Assembly (NCBI RefSeq): GCF_018977255.1
Contig: NW_024704766.1
Coordinates: 5,084,001 to 5,148,000 of the forward strand
Direction: 5' to 3'
DNA length: 64,000 nt
Origin: Callorhinchus milii
Lineage: Eukaryota
Under the pieces are notes generated by a model. The model did not search any database, had not been told where the DNA came from, and saw only the letters and a program-made list of their open reading frames with translations. This document shows positions 1 through 12,962 of this stretch, piece by piece. A program made the translations under genes and the position numbers. Within the stretch, counting starts at the first letter, position 1. Each line of letters starts with the position of its first letter.

Positions 1-1699
1 ACAATACTGAAGAGCAGCTTTCAGACAGTAGCTTAGAGATTCCATGATCAGAAAGAGAAATTAAATCTCACAGGGTTTGTGAGCATAAGTTGAACTCCCA
101 ATGCTCCAAATAAGTCAACTGCACACAACAAAGTCGCTTTTGTCTGTACAACACACCTCTGCATACCATAGGGACACAGCTTCTCACATCCTCACTTCAG
201 TAAGCCTGGCTACCACAATATTTTATTATTCACAGAATCCTTTCACTTGAAGATAAAACCTGACTCACTCTTTAGCATTGAAGGATCACATTTGCTAAGA
301 TGCAAAAGTTAGGATTTTTTTTAATTCTGGACACTTTCAAGTACAATATACCACCCTTACATAATTTTAGGTCGGGGAATGTAATATTAAACCATTTGTT
401 TCAAGATAAATACTGGAGCTAACACTGATGACATTCAATGCAAGGCCCCCCCTCTGATGCTAACAAACTATCAACGGTTTAGTAAGTTTCCTGCTCAACT
501 GCCCCTTCCTAAAAAAACACTGCAATACATGCCAAAAATGTGTAGTTGGACTCCACATTGTGTGGACCCACTACTTCAGATACAAGGTGAGTGTATTGAT
601 TATACATCAATGAACTGATTTAATTTTTTCAGTTACCCCTGCAACAATTTCAGAAAAGAAGCATGTCAGTGTCAATACTGGGACGTAGTTAACAATTTTT
701 TTTTAAAAAAAGCTTAGTTAGTTGACAAATTAACAAATTAATTAATTTCAATATTAGTCATCTATCTTTTAGTACATCTGTTACAAAATGCTATGAATGA
801 CAGCAGAATTTATAATGTTAATGGTGATTCTTTTTGTGTACTACCATGTGTTATTACACAGAAGTAGACACATGGAAAGGGTCTTGGAGTTTACCATTTG
901 GAAAGTACTGCCTCCTACAGACCATGTGTTGTATAACAAATCTGTCACAAACTACATCTACAGAGAAGTTAAGGGCTAAGGAAAGTTAAGCCCTTCCTTT
1001 TGCCACATTGGTTGTACCCAGCAGAAATTTGCAACTTCTAAAAGCCTTAAAGGTGTCTTAAGGTCTGATGAATGATACCCTAATTGTTCAAAAGGTGCTG
1101 CTTTAGAAAAGCTAACTGCAATAAGTGTGATCGTTGCTCTGTGTCATTACTGTACAAACCACGAAACGAGTCATTCACTTATTTGCAGGCATGTTTCTCC
1201 CAGCAGTTTATTTTCAATCAGAATCATGATCACTCAAATCACTCAGAGCTGAGAAATAACAGTAAACTTATATGAGTAAGTCAAAGCCCAGCAAATCGAG
1301 TGAGAACGAACCAAGTATTAACATAAATTGCAAACAGATCCATGGCACAGTGAAACCTGCCCCACAGGAGAGAAGTGGGCAAAAAGGAGGGAGTCACTAT
1401 CACAGTCCCAACTTTTGCAATCGCACAAAAACAAAGGTTATGAAGGCTTTTTTTTTAAAAAAAAGTCGACTGAACTGAACCTAAATCAAAATGTTCGGAT
1501 GGGTCTGCAGGGTATGAGAGTGTGTGTGTGTCGTGGGGGGGGGGTCGGGGAGAGGGACATAAAAGGGACGGGGTAGAGAGAATAAGTGCCATAAAAAATG
1601 AGTCCCAGAGATGGAGAAAAAGGGGGTAAGAGGAGAGATTTAAAAGGAGGAGAAATTCTGAAAAGGCACCTCGGGAGCACGATGGCGCTCACTGGAGGA

Positions 1700-3250
1700 A
1701 AGCCCGCCAAACAGGTGATTAGAAATGCAAAGCCAGGTTACACTCCAGCTCGGGGCCGCGCCGGGGGGTGGGTGTGTGTGTGTGTGTGTGTTTTTTTTAA
1801 TAAAATTACAGTATTTGTGTTTGCGCGGAGAGGAGGAGAGGGAGAGGGGGGAGAGGGAGAGGGGAGGCCAAGGGAAACAAATGCGCGTCCGACAGAGAGC
1901 TGCGGGTTGAGAGGACGCGAAAAAAAAAAAAAAAAAAAACTTTTGAGGTGGGGGGGGGGGAAGAGAGAAAAAATTAAAGCCGTTTTTAAAGGCAAAGAAG
2001 GCGCCCGCCTTTCGCAGCCACCTCCCCTTCTCTGACCGTCACATCTGTCAGACGGGCTGTGTGTAACCCCCCTTCTCCTCTTCCCTCTCTCTCTCTCTCT
2101 CCCTCACACACCCCCTCTCGACTCCTTCGCACTTTCCCCTCACGGTTTTTTTTTAAAATAAAAAAAAATCTCCTCTCCCCTCCCCGAGTCGTTATTTGTT
2201 TTTTTTTTACCCCCCCCCACCCACCCACCCCTCAGTCCCTCCTCGACGACGATTTTTTTTTAAAAAAAATAATAATATAAATATATATTTTTTTACCTCA
2301 CTGCTGCTGAGGCTGCTGCCGCTGCTTTCCCCGAACAGCTCGCGGAACTTGTGGAGGTTTTTCCCGATGGCGGCCGACACGGGCAGAGCGGCGTCGAAGC
2401 CGTGTTTCAAGTCCCTCTTCAAGCCCGGCAGCCGCGACCGTCCCGGTTTTTTCCAGGGCCGTGCGGGGAAGCGGGTCCGAGCTGTGTGCGCCATTTTAGG
2501 GAGTCTGTTTGTGTGTGTGTGTGGTGTGTGTGTGTGCGCGCCGTGGAGAGGGCGGGTGAACATGTCGCCCCAAACCGCGCATAACTCAACCGCGCCCCCG
2601 CCCTTTTCCCCTCCCTCCCGCCCGCCCGCGGCTTCAATACACAAGTTTCCGGGTCCCCGCGGCTGGTGCCGTTCAGCGGGAAGGACCCGACTCCCCGGGC
2701 TCCGCAACCTGAATTTCGCCCGGCGCCTGCGTGCCCGACGTGAGTAGGGGCGAAAGCCTGGGTTTATGCACGTTCCCGGGCGGCGAGCGTGTTCCGAGGG
2801 CTTTGCGCTCGGCGCGCGACGCCAGCTGCCACCTTCCGCACGCTCGTTCCGGGGCCCCCGGGGTGGAGCCGTTAGGCGGGATGGGCCGAGCTCGCGCGGG
2901 TGGGGGGGGGGGGAGGGGCAGGACCTGGTCCGTCCGTGGTCTGCGTGCCCAACGTGATCGAGTCAACTTGGCTTACGTATTGCCGGGGCCCCGAGGAGGC
3001 GTGTCGTGGTGTTGAAACCCCGAATCGTGTGTCATGAAAGACGTGTACAGCAGTTGGCTATGGTGTGTGCAGTCGATATTCAGGATCCCGGGCTCCACTT
3101 ATTGACGAGCGGGGCCCTCGGAAATAATGCAATATCCATCGCACGGGGCGCAGCCACCTTTTACCATCACATGTCCGGAAGCTGAATATCTCATCGCCAA
3201 AGCATGCCGTCAATGTTGCACTGTCAAACATACAGGGGTAAGGGCACGCA
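1700..3250. promoter_or_regulatory. CpG island covering the KMT2A promoter and exon 1
   Basis: Visibly GC/CpG-rich relative to flanks; GC-box-like motifs at ~2590-2630; start codon sits in a YY1-like AAAATGGCG (2489-2497, minus). Boundaries approximate. Confidence 0.7.
2297..2494 (-). CDS. KMT2A: Histone-lysine N-methyltransferase 2A (MLL1), coding exon 1; gene continues left of the window
   Basis: Translates MAHTARTRFPARPW...GFDAALPVSAAIGKNLHKFRELFGESSGSSLSSSE, matching the MLL1 N-terminal menin-binding motif (RFPARP) and LEDGF-binding segment (GFDAAL-VSAAIG-NL--FR--FGES). ATG at 2494, phase-0 donor GAG|GTAAAA at 2297/2296. Adjacent to ATP5MG and UBE4A as in human. Confidence 0.93.
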
Positions 3251-5091
3251 TCACGTTACGAAATTGCCACCCCGAATTATGGATAGCTCATATCGGTCTT
3301 GTGCTAACCAGTAAGAAAATATTGTAATATGCGTGGTCAGGGGTCTCCTTGGATAATTTAAGAGCAATAAATTCAGATGAACCACTTGGTTCTTGTTGTA
3401 TTTAGGAGAAATTAATGGATCGGGGGACAGGGAAGGAAAACTAATCCTTAAAAAGTCTTAGGAACAGCCAAATGCAATGAACGCGGCACAGGGAGCAGTT
3501 AGAAACATCGCATCAAGATTTAAGGGGGGGAGAAAAAAAATCACAAGATATTGCTGATCGGAGTTAGATAGACCACTTTCACTTGATGCCACTCATTGGG
3601 GGGAGGAGGGAGAGAGGGTTCACCCACCATGCCTTTCATTATCAATCGATTGTAAACAGCAGCAACTGCAGCCCAAGGCTGCATCCCTTCTGTTCCTTGT
3701 CCTGCAGCTGTCTTTCGTGATCTGACATAACCGAGAATACATTATATAGAAAGTGAGGGAGGGACAGTAAAGTGAGGCACTTGGTCAGGATGCAAATTGG
3801 GACAGACGCCTTGGAAGCTGCACACAACAGATGGATAGGGGCCCCTGTTAGAAAAAAAAGTAGGATTCTGATCCCAGTGTCCTTATCTGCAGTGTGGGAA
3901 GGGTTTAAAATTTTGAATGAATTCTGGAGGGTGCCCACCTTCTGACTATTCAAGAAGCTGAATCCCTTTCACCTGAAAATAGTCACTACACTTTGACAGC
4001 AATTCCCCGTGAAGAGCTTTGAAACATTATGACATGATGAGCACATGCAAGGATTTTTATTAATGACCATCAGCTTCTGCCAGTTTAAGCAGCCTGGGTC
4101 TTAAGATGGGGCAGAAAAGAGGACGGGGAAAATGATGGGTGCTTTGCAATAACATCACATGCAAATGGTACAATAATGTGCCCAGACAATCACTTCTATC
4201 ACTGGACCAAGGTCTGACAAATGCAAGGATCATTCATTGTATCCCAAAGCTTCAAATAAAACCTCTCTAAATCATATGAGAGATGGAAATTTGAACTCCT
4301 GCACGCCTGGTACTGACTTCAACTCATGTCCTCACCACACAGATTTTTTGAACCTGTGGAAGGAAGGAATTATATTACATTGATCAGATAAGGGGCAAGT
4401 GTACGTGTAATGTGTGTGTAGTGCATGTGTATGTAGCATGCAGGGGTTGGAGCTTCTTTAAAGTGCATGGCAGTGATGTCTGTTGATCTGCAGCATGTGT
4501 GCAAAGTGGCTTTTACCAATGATTCTCTTCCTGGCTCCAAATCAGAGCTGTGCGCATATGTAACTCTGTGACCATCGTCAGCAGTTTGGATTCAGGCAGC
4601 GAGCTGAACTGCCTTCCCCTTTCCCAGTGTGATTCACAGAGGAATAGGTCCACTCGGAAAACAGCTGAAAATGATTAAACAGCACAGCAATTTCCACACA
4701 GAAAAGTCATGCAAACAGTACCCAGAGATGAGCTGCTCCAAGAGTAAAGACACAACCTCAACCTGGAAAAGTAATGATTTATTGATAAGCATATCCCTCT
4801 GCCTCACACCTTCTCTTTCCGCTTTGATAACACTAAAACATTGCCCACCTCTTCAACCACGCTTTTGGTCACCTTCCATTTCAGCCACTCAGTGATAACA
4901 GAGAGCAGAGACTTAATTGTACACAGTTAATGTTTAGCTCCAATACAATTGGGTCCCAGAACCAGATTAAAGTGTTTAATTTATTGCAAATGGACTGAGA
5001 AACAAGTGAGCAATAAATGGTCAGTCAACAAACGAGCTCAGCTCGTGGTTTTAAACAGAAGACAGTAAGTTTTACAATCCTCAGAAGTGAG

Positions 5092-5097
5092 TTTATT
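5092..5097 (-). terminator. Polyadenylation signal AATAAA for ATP5MG (second candidate at 4980-4985)
   Basis: TTTATT on the + strand ~75 nt and ~190 nt downstream of the ATP5MG stop codon. Confidence 0.6.
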
Positions 5098-5170
5098 TAA
5101 TTTCTAACAAGGTAAATACATTAATATCCAGACATGGACTTTGTTGCGTTGACACAGAACATCTTATAGT

Positions 5171-8100
5171 TTATACATTGTACCCAACCAGGCTCCCCTT
5201 GCCAATGACCTCACCGATGTAAAACCACATCAGGACTTCAGCAGCAACCAGGGAGTTCCTCAGTGCTTCCTGAAAAACAGAGAAGAGGTTGAGCAAACGA
5301 CCACCGACTGTGGCCATCACATTGTCTGACACTGGCCCCTAATTCACATTACAACATTTGGAACATTATTCCCCCACGCGCGCCTGCCTGAAGAAAAAAA
5401 AATTGCCGTATTTTGCTCCCAAAGTAAGACTATTTTGAATATCTTTAATGCAATTCTGAAACTTTGTATTCTGTATTGTTCAAATTTCCATTCATATGCA
5501 AATCAAACCATCCATCTGGTCTTTCTCTACACAGAGCGAGGAGTTAAAAAAATATAGTATTTACAACCAAATTTCCTTTTCTTTAAAAAATTACATAGTT
5601 CACAATGTAGGGGATCCAGCAAAGAAGGACCCCACTCTCCAATTCTACATTTCCAGCCCNTTTTTGTGGGCCTATAAACCTGCAGGCAAGATATCTGAAG
5701 ATTTGTGATATGCCCTCCCAGCTCCCTCTTGCTGTCCTTCTACACTAACCAGTCATGCTCAAAGCATCCCATTTTTTCTCTCTCGAAAAGTTGTGACGAT
5801 CTGATTTTACAGCATCTGCATATTTTACATCAGTGCAGATTTTTTTTAACACACACAAACACATACACAGCACAGGAAGGAAGGCTGAGCAAATGAGTAA
5901 GGATTAATTATAACCTCGCGCCAGGCTTGGATTGACTGACAAGACCAGATGGCACTGCAGATTTGCATATGAATGGAATGGACAACAATGGCAAACTCCA
6001 AACTCTGAAATACAATCCCCCAAAGAAAAAGAACATCACTGACATTCTCTCAGGTTAATCTCAAATTTGGGTAAAATTACAGTTGCAGCTAACAGGAGAG
6101 TGTTAGTCGGGGTTGGGGGTATCCAGAATAAAATGGCTGGTCACAGGCCCTCATCTGAAACACATTAATCACTGGGGCAATAGTCAACACTGCTCATGCT
6201 GCAGCTTGTGTGGTGCTTATAGGTCTAGGGGATGTTCATTCTGCCTACCCCAAAACATCTACGCTTGTGTCTAGGCAAGAATGAAGGTGATCTGACCCAA
6301 CCAAACTTTACTAATTGACCCAGCCACGGTCCTTTGTACAGCAGCTTGAAAACCACGCGCAACGCTACACAGCTTCACACCACATCAACGGGCAACAATA
6401 ACAACGGGTCCCTTTTCTTTCTCCCCCTCTTCCCTCTCATGGCATCCTGACAGTTAGCTCATCCGACTGATTGTTCTTCACATGAGGGCCCAAGCAATGC
6501 GTAAGAACAATATACAAGGCTGGAATTTTCCTACTGTGGTAACACGTGAGCCCAAAAAAAGCATAAAGGATCATTAATGGACCATCAGTGGGATTTAAAA
6601 CAGTGAAAGATGCTTGGGATGTAATAATAATGTAAGAATGTAAAGGGAAGTGGAAAAGGGCAAGGAAATCAGAAAGACAACTCCACTAAAAATAAGAACC
6701 AGCAAAGAGCGTGTGCGTGTGATCCTAGTCATAGGCACTCACTGCCTAAACTCACATACCGAGAATGAAGCGGTCAGGCAAGATGCCAGAGACTGACTGA
6801 CAACATCACAACAACAACAACAAGATTCCATTTATAAAGCGCCTTTCACGTCAGGAGGACGTCCCAAGGCGTCCCACACACCTCAGCTCAACACCTTCAG
6901 CAAATCAAGGAAGCAAAAGATTCCAAACAGAGCCAAAAATCCAACTACCTCAAATAATGTCTGTCTGGAGCAACAGCTTGTTGTAGATAACACTACCTGA
7001 ATGAAGAGTACCAAAGGAAGACATTTTCCTGAACTCTTTCTTAAGCAACAGGAAACATTTGCATTGGTTGCACCGGCAGTCGGCACCCCCTTACCTTGAC
7101 GGTCAGCTGTCCAAGCCGCCCTGACTTGTAGGCTGTCAGCAGGCCCTTTGCACTGTCAATAGCCAATGGGATCTCTTTCGGGGTTGGTGGAACCAACTCT
7201 ACCCGAGCATAACTCCAGAAGGTCGTGAGACGGGGTTTAGTGTAATTTACAGCAGCTAGAGAGAGAGAGAGATTGTTTAATAAAAAGCTAGAGAGAGAGA
7301 GACAGTGAAAGAAGGTGATCTGCAAGCAGCTTCTCATGGGATATAATTATTGTACAGCGAAAGGGGGAACTATTCTTCCAATAAAATGTCACTTTGCAAA
7401 AACATGCAACATAATAAATCTTGCAATTGATATAATGTCATCTTTCACATCAGCAGCGCATCTTAAATCGCTTCATAGGATTTGCTGTAACGTAGAATTA
7501 CTGTATCCTGCAGGCAAATGCAGCAACCAATTTGCACACAGCACCGTCGCACAAACAGCCAGGAATTGACCAGTTTTATCCGGGAGAATGCCAGCCAAGA
7601 CACCGAGAGAGGGAAACTCTCTTCTCCTTGCGCAGCGGGGGGGAGCTTTAAGAGTCCATCTGAATACGGCACAGGCGAGGGGCTCGGTTTATCGCATCGC
7701 CTGAAGGACGGCGCCTCAGACGAAAACCCTCGCATCTTATACGGCAACCCGTTGCGCCGTCGGGACGTCTCTCAAACCGCTTCGCAGGATTTACTGTCAA
7801 CGCGGAGCGCCCCACAAGCACTCTATGACCCTAAAGTCCCACAACAATCTGACTCCCCACAACAACAAATGACGCCGACCGACACGTCGCCTTTCAGGTC
7901 GGGAGGACGTTCCAAGGCGTTGGGACGGTCAGGGATTCGGACCCGAACTGGCGGTTGGGATCAGGGGGGGGGGGGTGGGGGGGGGGGGGGATAGACGGCG
8001 GGTCGGGGGGTACAGGTAGGAGGGTAAACCGAAGACGTGGTCGAGGAGCGTCTTGAGATGTGCCTTGAAGGAGGCAAAGGAGCGAGTGAGGCGAAGGGAC

Positions 8101-8568
8101 TGCGGGGCGGAGTTCCAAAGGGCGGAGGCAGAGCAGGAGTGGGGGGGGAGGGGGGGGGTGTGGAGGGGACCCGGAGTCCGCCGAACGGAGGGGGTGGACA
8201 GGTCGGTGCGGCGACCTCTACCTGTCCCCGGAGGTGACGGGGCTGAGCGGGTCCGACACCACCGACCACAACCCGCGACACCTCCAACGGAGCCTTTCAC
8301 AAGAGTCGGGAGGACAGTGAAGGGTTTTGCCCCCAAAGCCACTGGAGAGGCTGCGGGAGGCCCCGCAAGACCCGGAGAGGCCTAACTGTCCTCCGGCCTC
8401 TCCCTCCCTCCCCGCCGACCCCGGGGTCTCTCTCTCTATCTCTCCCTCTCTCCCCCCCGACCCCGGGGTCTCTCTCTCCCTCTCTCCCCGCCGTCCCCCG
8501 GCCCCCGGCCCCTCACCTGCCGCCAGCCGCGGGGCGTCCTTCACGAGCCGTTGGATCCTCGCCGCCAT
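5171..8568 (-). CDS. ATP5MG: Mitochondrial ATP synthase subunit g (ATP5L), complete, 103 aa
   Basis: Exons 8568-8517 (52 nt), 7255-7095 (161 nt), 5269-5171 (99 nt); 312 nt total, all GT-AG, phases consistent. Protein [79 protein letters not shown] has the subunit-g signature. Confidence 0.97.
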
Positions 8569-8870
8569 TTTCCCGCCCGCGACAAAGTCACCCTCGGACC
8601 GAGGACCCCCACCCAGGGGGGAGGAGGCTGCCCGCTGCAGCGCCTGACTGCCCAAGAAAATATATATATTTTTTTAAAAAAAGCACAAACAGGAGGGTTT
8701 TTTTCCCCCCCTTTAAAGATCAATGAGGCCACCAGCTGATTGATTATTGATCAGCAACAGCCACGCTGAGTTTATTTTACAGCGAGGCCCCCAACCGCCC
8801 ACCCACCCCGGGGCTGCCCGATTCGCTGCCTGTCGCCGTGTCACGCACCACAGGACTGCGCCTGCGCCAA
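8561..8870 (-). promoter_or_regulatory. ATP5MG promoter with NRF1-like and YY1-like sites
   Basis: TGCGCCTGCGC at 8857-8867 (NRF1-type GCGC-TGCGC) and AAAATGGCGGC spanning the ATG (8561-8571, minus; YY1 consensus), inside a CpG-rich stretch. Both factors are established regulators of nuclear OXPHOS genes. Confidence 0.6.
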
Positions 8871-9504
8871 CCGTTCATTCATAAATCGGGTCGTTCCCAC
8901 AGTTGTGGGCACTTCGTTTGGATTTTACTGAACTCTCTTTTTAAAAACCTTTATATTTGTTCTTGACATTTAAACCAAACCAAACCGAGTTTATTAGCTT
9001 AATGCTCTATTATGTATTTGAAGGTTCCATTCCAAAAAAAAAGCTTAGAAAAGGTAATAATAGTAATAATAATAATCCTTGCATTTGAGACAGCGCCTTA
9101 TCACATCTTTGAGACGTCTCAAAAGAGCGTCACACAATATACCGTAAGGTGAATTGACTGTGTGCTGTGTGGGCGAAACATGCGCGAAACTTAAAATAAT
9201 GAACGGTTGATGTACTTGTGTGTATTGACTGTATTTTTAGGTGAACGCAGCAGCCAATTTGCCCCACACACGGCTGCGAATGACCATTATCTGGAGGATT
9301 GTTGGCCAGGTATAAGCCAAAGAAGCCCGGTCCTCAATTAACCACCAGCCCCCCCCACCACATAAATCTTACAAGCAAGGGAATCATCAGAAATCAGGTT
9401 TCTGTCTGATTTTTCTCTCCCTATCCCAGGGACACTGAGGTCAATTATAGACCAAATTGCTTTTTTAACACAGTTTCGAGATCAGCTAACTCAAAAGTCA
9501 ATCT

Positions 9505-9716
9505 TTTACAACAAATCAAACTCTGGAATGTACTGCTTGAAAGGGTGGTAGAAGCAGATTCGATAATAGCTTTAAACAGGGAATTGGATAGGTAAAAAGA
9601 AAATATTTACAGGGCTAAGGTAACAGCGGGAGATGGTTCGTAGATCTTTCAAAGAGCCAACACAGGCACGATGAGCTGAATGGCTTCCTTCTGTGCTGCA
9701 AGATTCTACGGTTCTG
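9505..9716 (+). mobile_element. CR1-type LINE 3' end fragment
   Basis: TGGAATGTACTGCTTGAAAGGGTGGTAGAAGCAG..GAATGGCTTCCTTCTGTGCTGCAAGATTCTA. Similar fragments at ~11960-12160, ~20910-21080, ~27630-27845, ~30300-30508, ~39645-39860 and ~57100-57330 (minus). Confidence 0.65.
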
Positions 9717-11392
9717 AAAGACCAGACAATGTTGGATTCAAAGAAAATGCCCTGATCTAATAATCTGGCAGATCAGACTAAATGTGAATAGACTCTGGCT
9801 GTTCTTAAGAGGAAATGATAAATCTACTCTTAGACTCTTAGTCAGTATATTGATTAAAACGTGTCATGAAGCAGCTGATTAATACTGAAACCGAGCAAAG
9901 CCAGATAATGGTTTCATTTGATACATGGCCCACAAAGGCAAAGTGTTTAAGCCAAAATTCCTGTCAAATGTAGTGACTATTTGCAGGCGTGATGCAGTTG
10001 CGATGTTCTGCTGGTGTTTGCATTCAATCAGTTTTCCCGAACAAACCTTTTGACTTATTTTTTTTTAAAAAACAATCCATGTCCGAAGCCATTTTTTCCC
10101 CCAGTTTGATTAATGTCAGAAGCTCCCTCGATTACACAGGCTAGGTTAAGGCGTGGATTCTTCCTGTAACCAGGACCAATGTGGCTCCATTGACAATTTG
10201 GCGGATTAAGCCAGAGGGATAAATAAAGCCTGTCATTTTTTTTTGATGAGATTCTGGCCAGTGAAATCTATTCCATCACTTCCAGTCACTCCGCCCCGAA
10301 ACTCTGGAACACTTTGATCCCTCCGTCTTACCCCTCCTTCCCCAACTTCGACTATGCTCATGGAGACCTCCCCCAGTTCAGCTTCGTGCTCCGACACTAC
10401 TACCCCCTCTGGGACGCTACCCTACACGAGGGGTGCTGTATAAATGCAAGCTGTTGTCATAATGTTGGAAACAGTCAATGTTTTGAAACCATAAGGAGGG
10501 ATGAGCGTTTACACCCCCCCTCTCCCCCACTTCCCCCCACCACCACCCCCCCACTCCTTTCCAAACAGAAACCAAGGTCACAGCCATTGAAAACATATGG
10601 TAACCATTTTAATGTGTTTTTCTGAATATCTCTTAATACATTGTCCTTATTGTAAACAGTAGCAGATCATTAACAGGCTGTGGAGCTAATGCATAGTCTA
10701 CTGCGTGACAGCAGCACAGGAAAGCCAAAGAATTGTCTCATTTAAACCAGTCAACCAATAATTTAACCATAGAAAAACTATCTTACATTATTTGACAGAA
10801 TCACACGTGCCTAAACAGACCGAAACCAAATTAGGTATCAAAACACTCCTTGCTCTGTACACGTCTCATCTTTAGTCACCAGGGTTGACACTGGCAATGA
10901 CCCACGTTCATTGGTCAATCAAACTCAAAAGATATATCCAGAGTGCTGTCTGACAGATTGACAGACCTTCCCCCCACCCCCGGCTGTGTGGGGGCAAAAC
11001 ACACTCTTGTCACTTGCTCCCTAGTCAAGACAATTAACGCCAGCTTCTCCCCAGTGGATGAGGGGTATAAAGGCAGCGTCCCACACACACTGCAGGGTCA
11101 CAGGTTCATTTCTCAGTCTGTGCTGAGTTACCTATCTCAGCCAGGTAGCAGTCAGGACTCTCAGCGAGGTTGGGGTTGGGTGTAGGGGAAGAGATAATCA
11201 CTAGAGTTCCTGTCAATAGTCTCCATTCAGTGATGCCCCCCAGCTAAGCTAAGCAGAAGTATTTACAGATTAGTGTAACATGTGGTATTGGCCGTTGGCC
11301 CAGCTGGGCAGGGAGAAAGGGAGAGAGACAGGTGTGTTTTATTGCATTAAAATTGTTAATTGGGTTGTAGGTCGTGACCAAAGATCACAAGG

Positions 11393-11765
11393 TAATAATA
11401 ATAATCCTTGCATTTGATACAGCGCTTTATCACATCTTCGAGACTTCTCAAAGCACTTCATAGGATATACTGTAAAATGAATTGACTGTATATTTTGTGG
11501 TCGAAAAGCGGCAGCCAATTGCACACAGCAGTGTCCCACATAACAGTCATGGAATGAGTGACCAAATTATTACTATTGTTTTTTGAAGCGATTATTACAC
11601 CTGGAAAGGCGATCCGCCAATCGACTAACAACCAGGTTCCTACTCTGCTACGTAAACAGAGGTGTTTGGAGTAAGGAAACTTGCCCAATGTTTAGCTGCT
11701 CGGGAATCAAACCCAGATCCTTTTGCTTGCGAAGTGAGCACTCTAATCACTATGCTACAGGACTC
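11393..11765 (-). mobile_element. Same SINE family, near-complete copy
   Basis: Reverse complement of the 58944 element, from head GAGTCCTGTAGCATAGTG to the (ATT)n tail. Further minus-strand copies at ~18945-19282, ~20100-20450, ~23900-24293 and ~25045-25374. Confidence 0.85.
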
Positions 11766-12929
11766 CACAGAGATTAGGTACATCCAGAGCCCCGGATTTC
11801 AGAAATAAAACATTCACACAAAGTCAAATCAATCACACATATACACAGAAAAGTCAACAACAGATACAATGAAGAAGGGTTCTTGCAGAATCCTGGACAC
11901 CAGCCTGGACTGAGACACAGCCTCCCAGTGGAGATTGCACTGGGTGACATGTATTTTTTCCCTACACAAAGGGTACTGGAACTCTCTCCCTCCCCCAAAA
12001 GGCTGTGGATGCTGAATCCATTTACATTTTCAAGACTGAGGTGGATAGAGATTTGTTAGATCAGGGAATCACGGGATATGGGGCAAAGGCGGGTAATTGA
12101 CCATGATCTAAGAGTGTTGGAACAGGCTCGAGGGGCTGAATGGCTTCCTCCTGTTCCTAAGTGTCTGAAAGGTGAAACCGCTCTAATGATTATCGATTAA
12201 AGATTAAGAGTTTCACTTGTACCTGGCTACTCACTGGGTAAATTCAATCAGCTGAAAGGTCAAAAGGAGATAGACTAAAATTCCAACATATGTACACAGA
12301 GCTTAGAGCGGAGGTTTCTGAGATTGGCAGGAGGCAACTTCCTCAGAAATGATTCTATGGACCCCCCCCAAGAGGTGGGACATAAAGAAAGATAAACGTC
12401 TCCGATCCGAAATAAAATCAAGAAATTCCGCAGACAACCAGCAGGTTAGTTAATCAACCCCTGCAAGAGATTTCAAAGCACAGGAGGCCGTCATCCAGCC
12501 CCTTGTGTCTGTGCTGGTACTCGCTCCCCCACTCCAGCTCTCTACTCTAATCCCATTCCCTGCTCTCTCCCTTTTGGTCTAACCAGCGTTCCGAGACCCT
12601 ATCTCGGATGAAAGGCTCTGTATAAACGCAAGTTGTTGTAGTAATCCTGTACCCCGCTCTTCCTCTAAACCCTTTCGAACCATTAATCCTCAAATACTTT
12701 TCAATTTCTCTTTTCAATGGGCTTAATCTCCAAAGCCACTTGTGGCAAATAACCTTCCAAACAGAAGCAATTCCCTCCATCCTCGCCCTCAACTCTCCAG
12801 TGACAAACCGAGTTAATGCTCCAGCGACTGATTAACCCTTGGCTGGACATTGGTTATCAGTCACCGCAACTTCTCTTAAAGAAGATGTGAACTCCCACTG
12901 GTTCTCAGAAGTCAGACCCAAACAATGGA

Positions 12930-12962
<33 letters not shown>

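Noticed and set aside
4025-4650. Possible C/D-box snoRNA from ATGATGA/GTGATG motifs
   Set aside because: No suitably spaced CTGA box with a terminal stem was found, and the site is not intronic.
7518-8739. Cluster of overlapping 60-160-aa ORFs
   Set aside because: GC-rich CpG island plus SINE/L2 fragments in ATP5MG intron 1; only 8568-8517 is coding.
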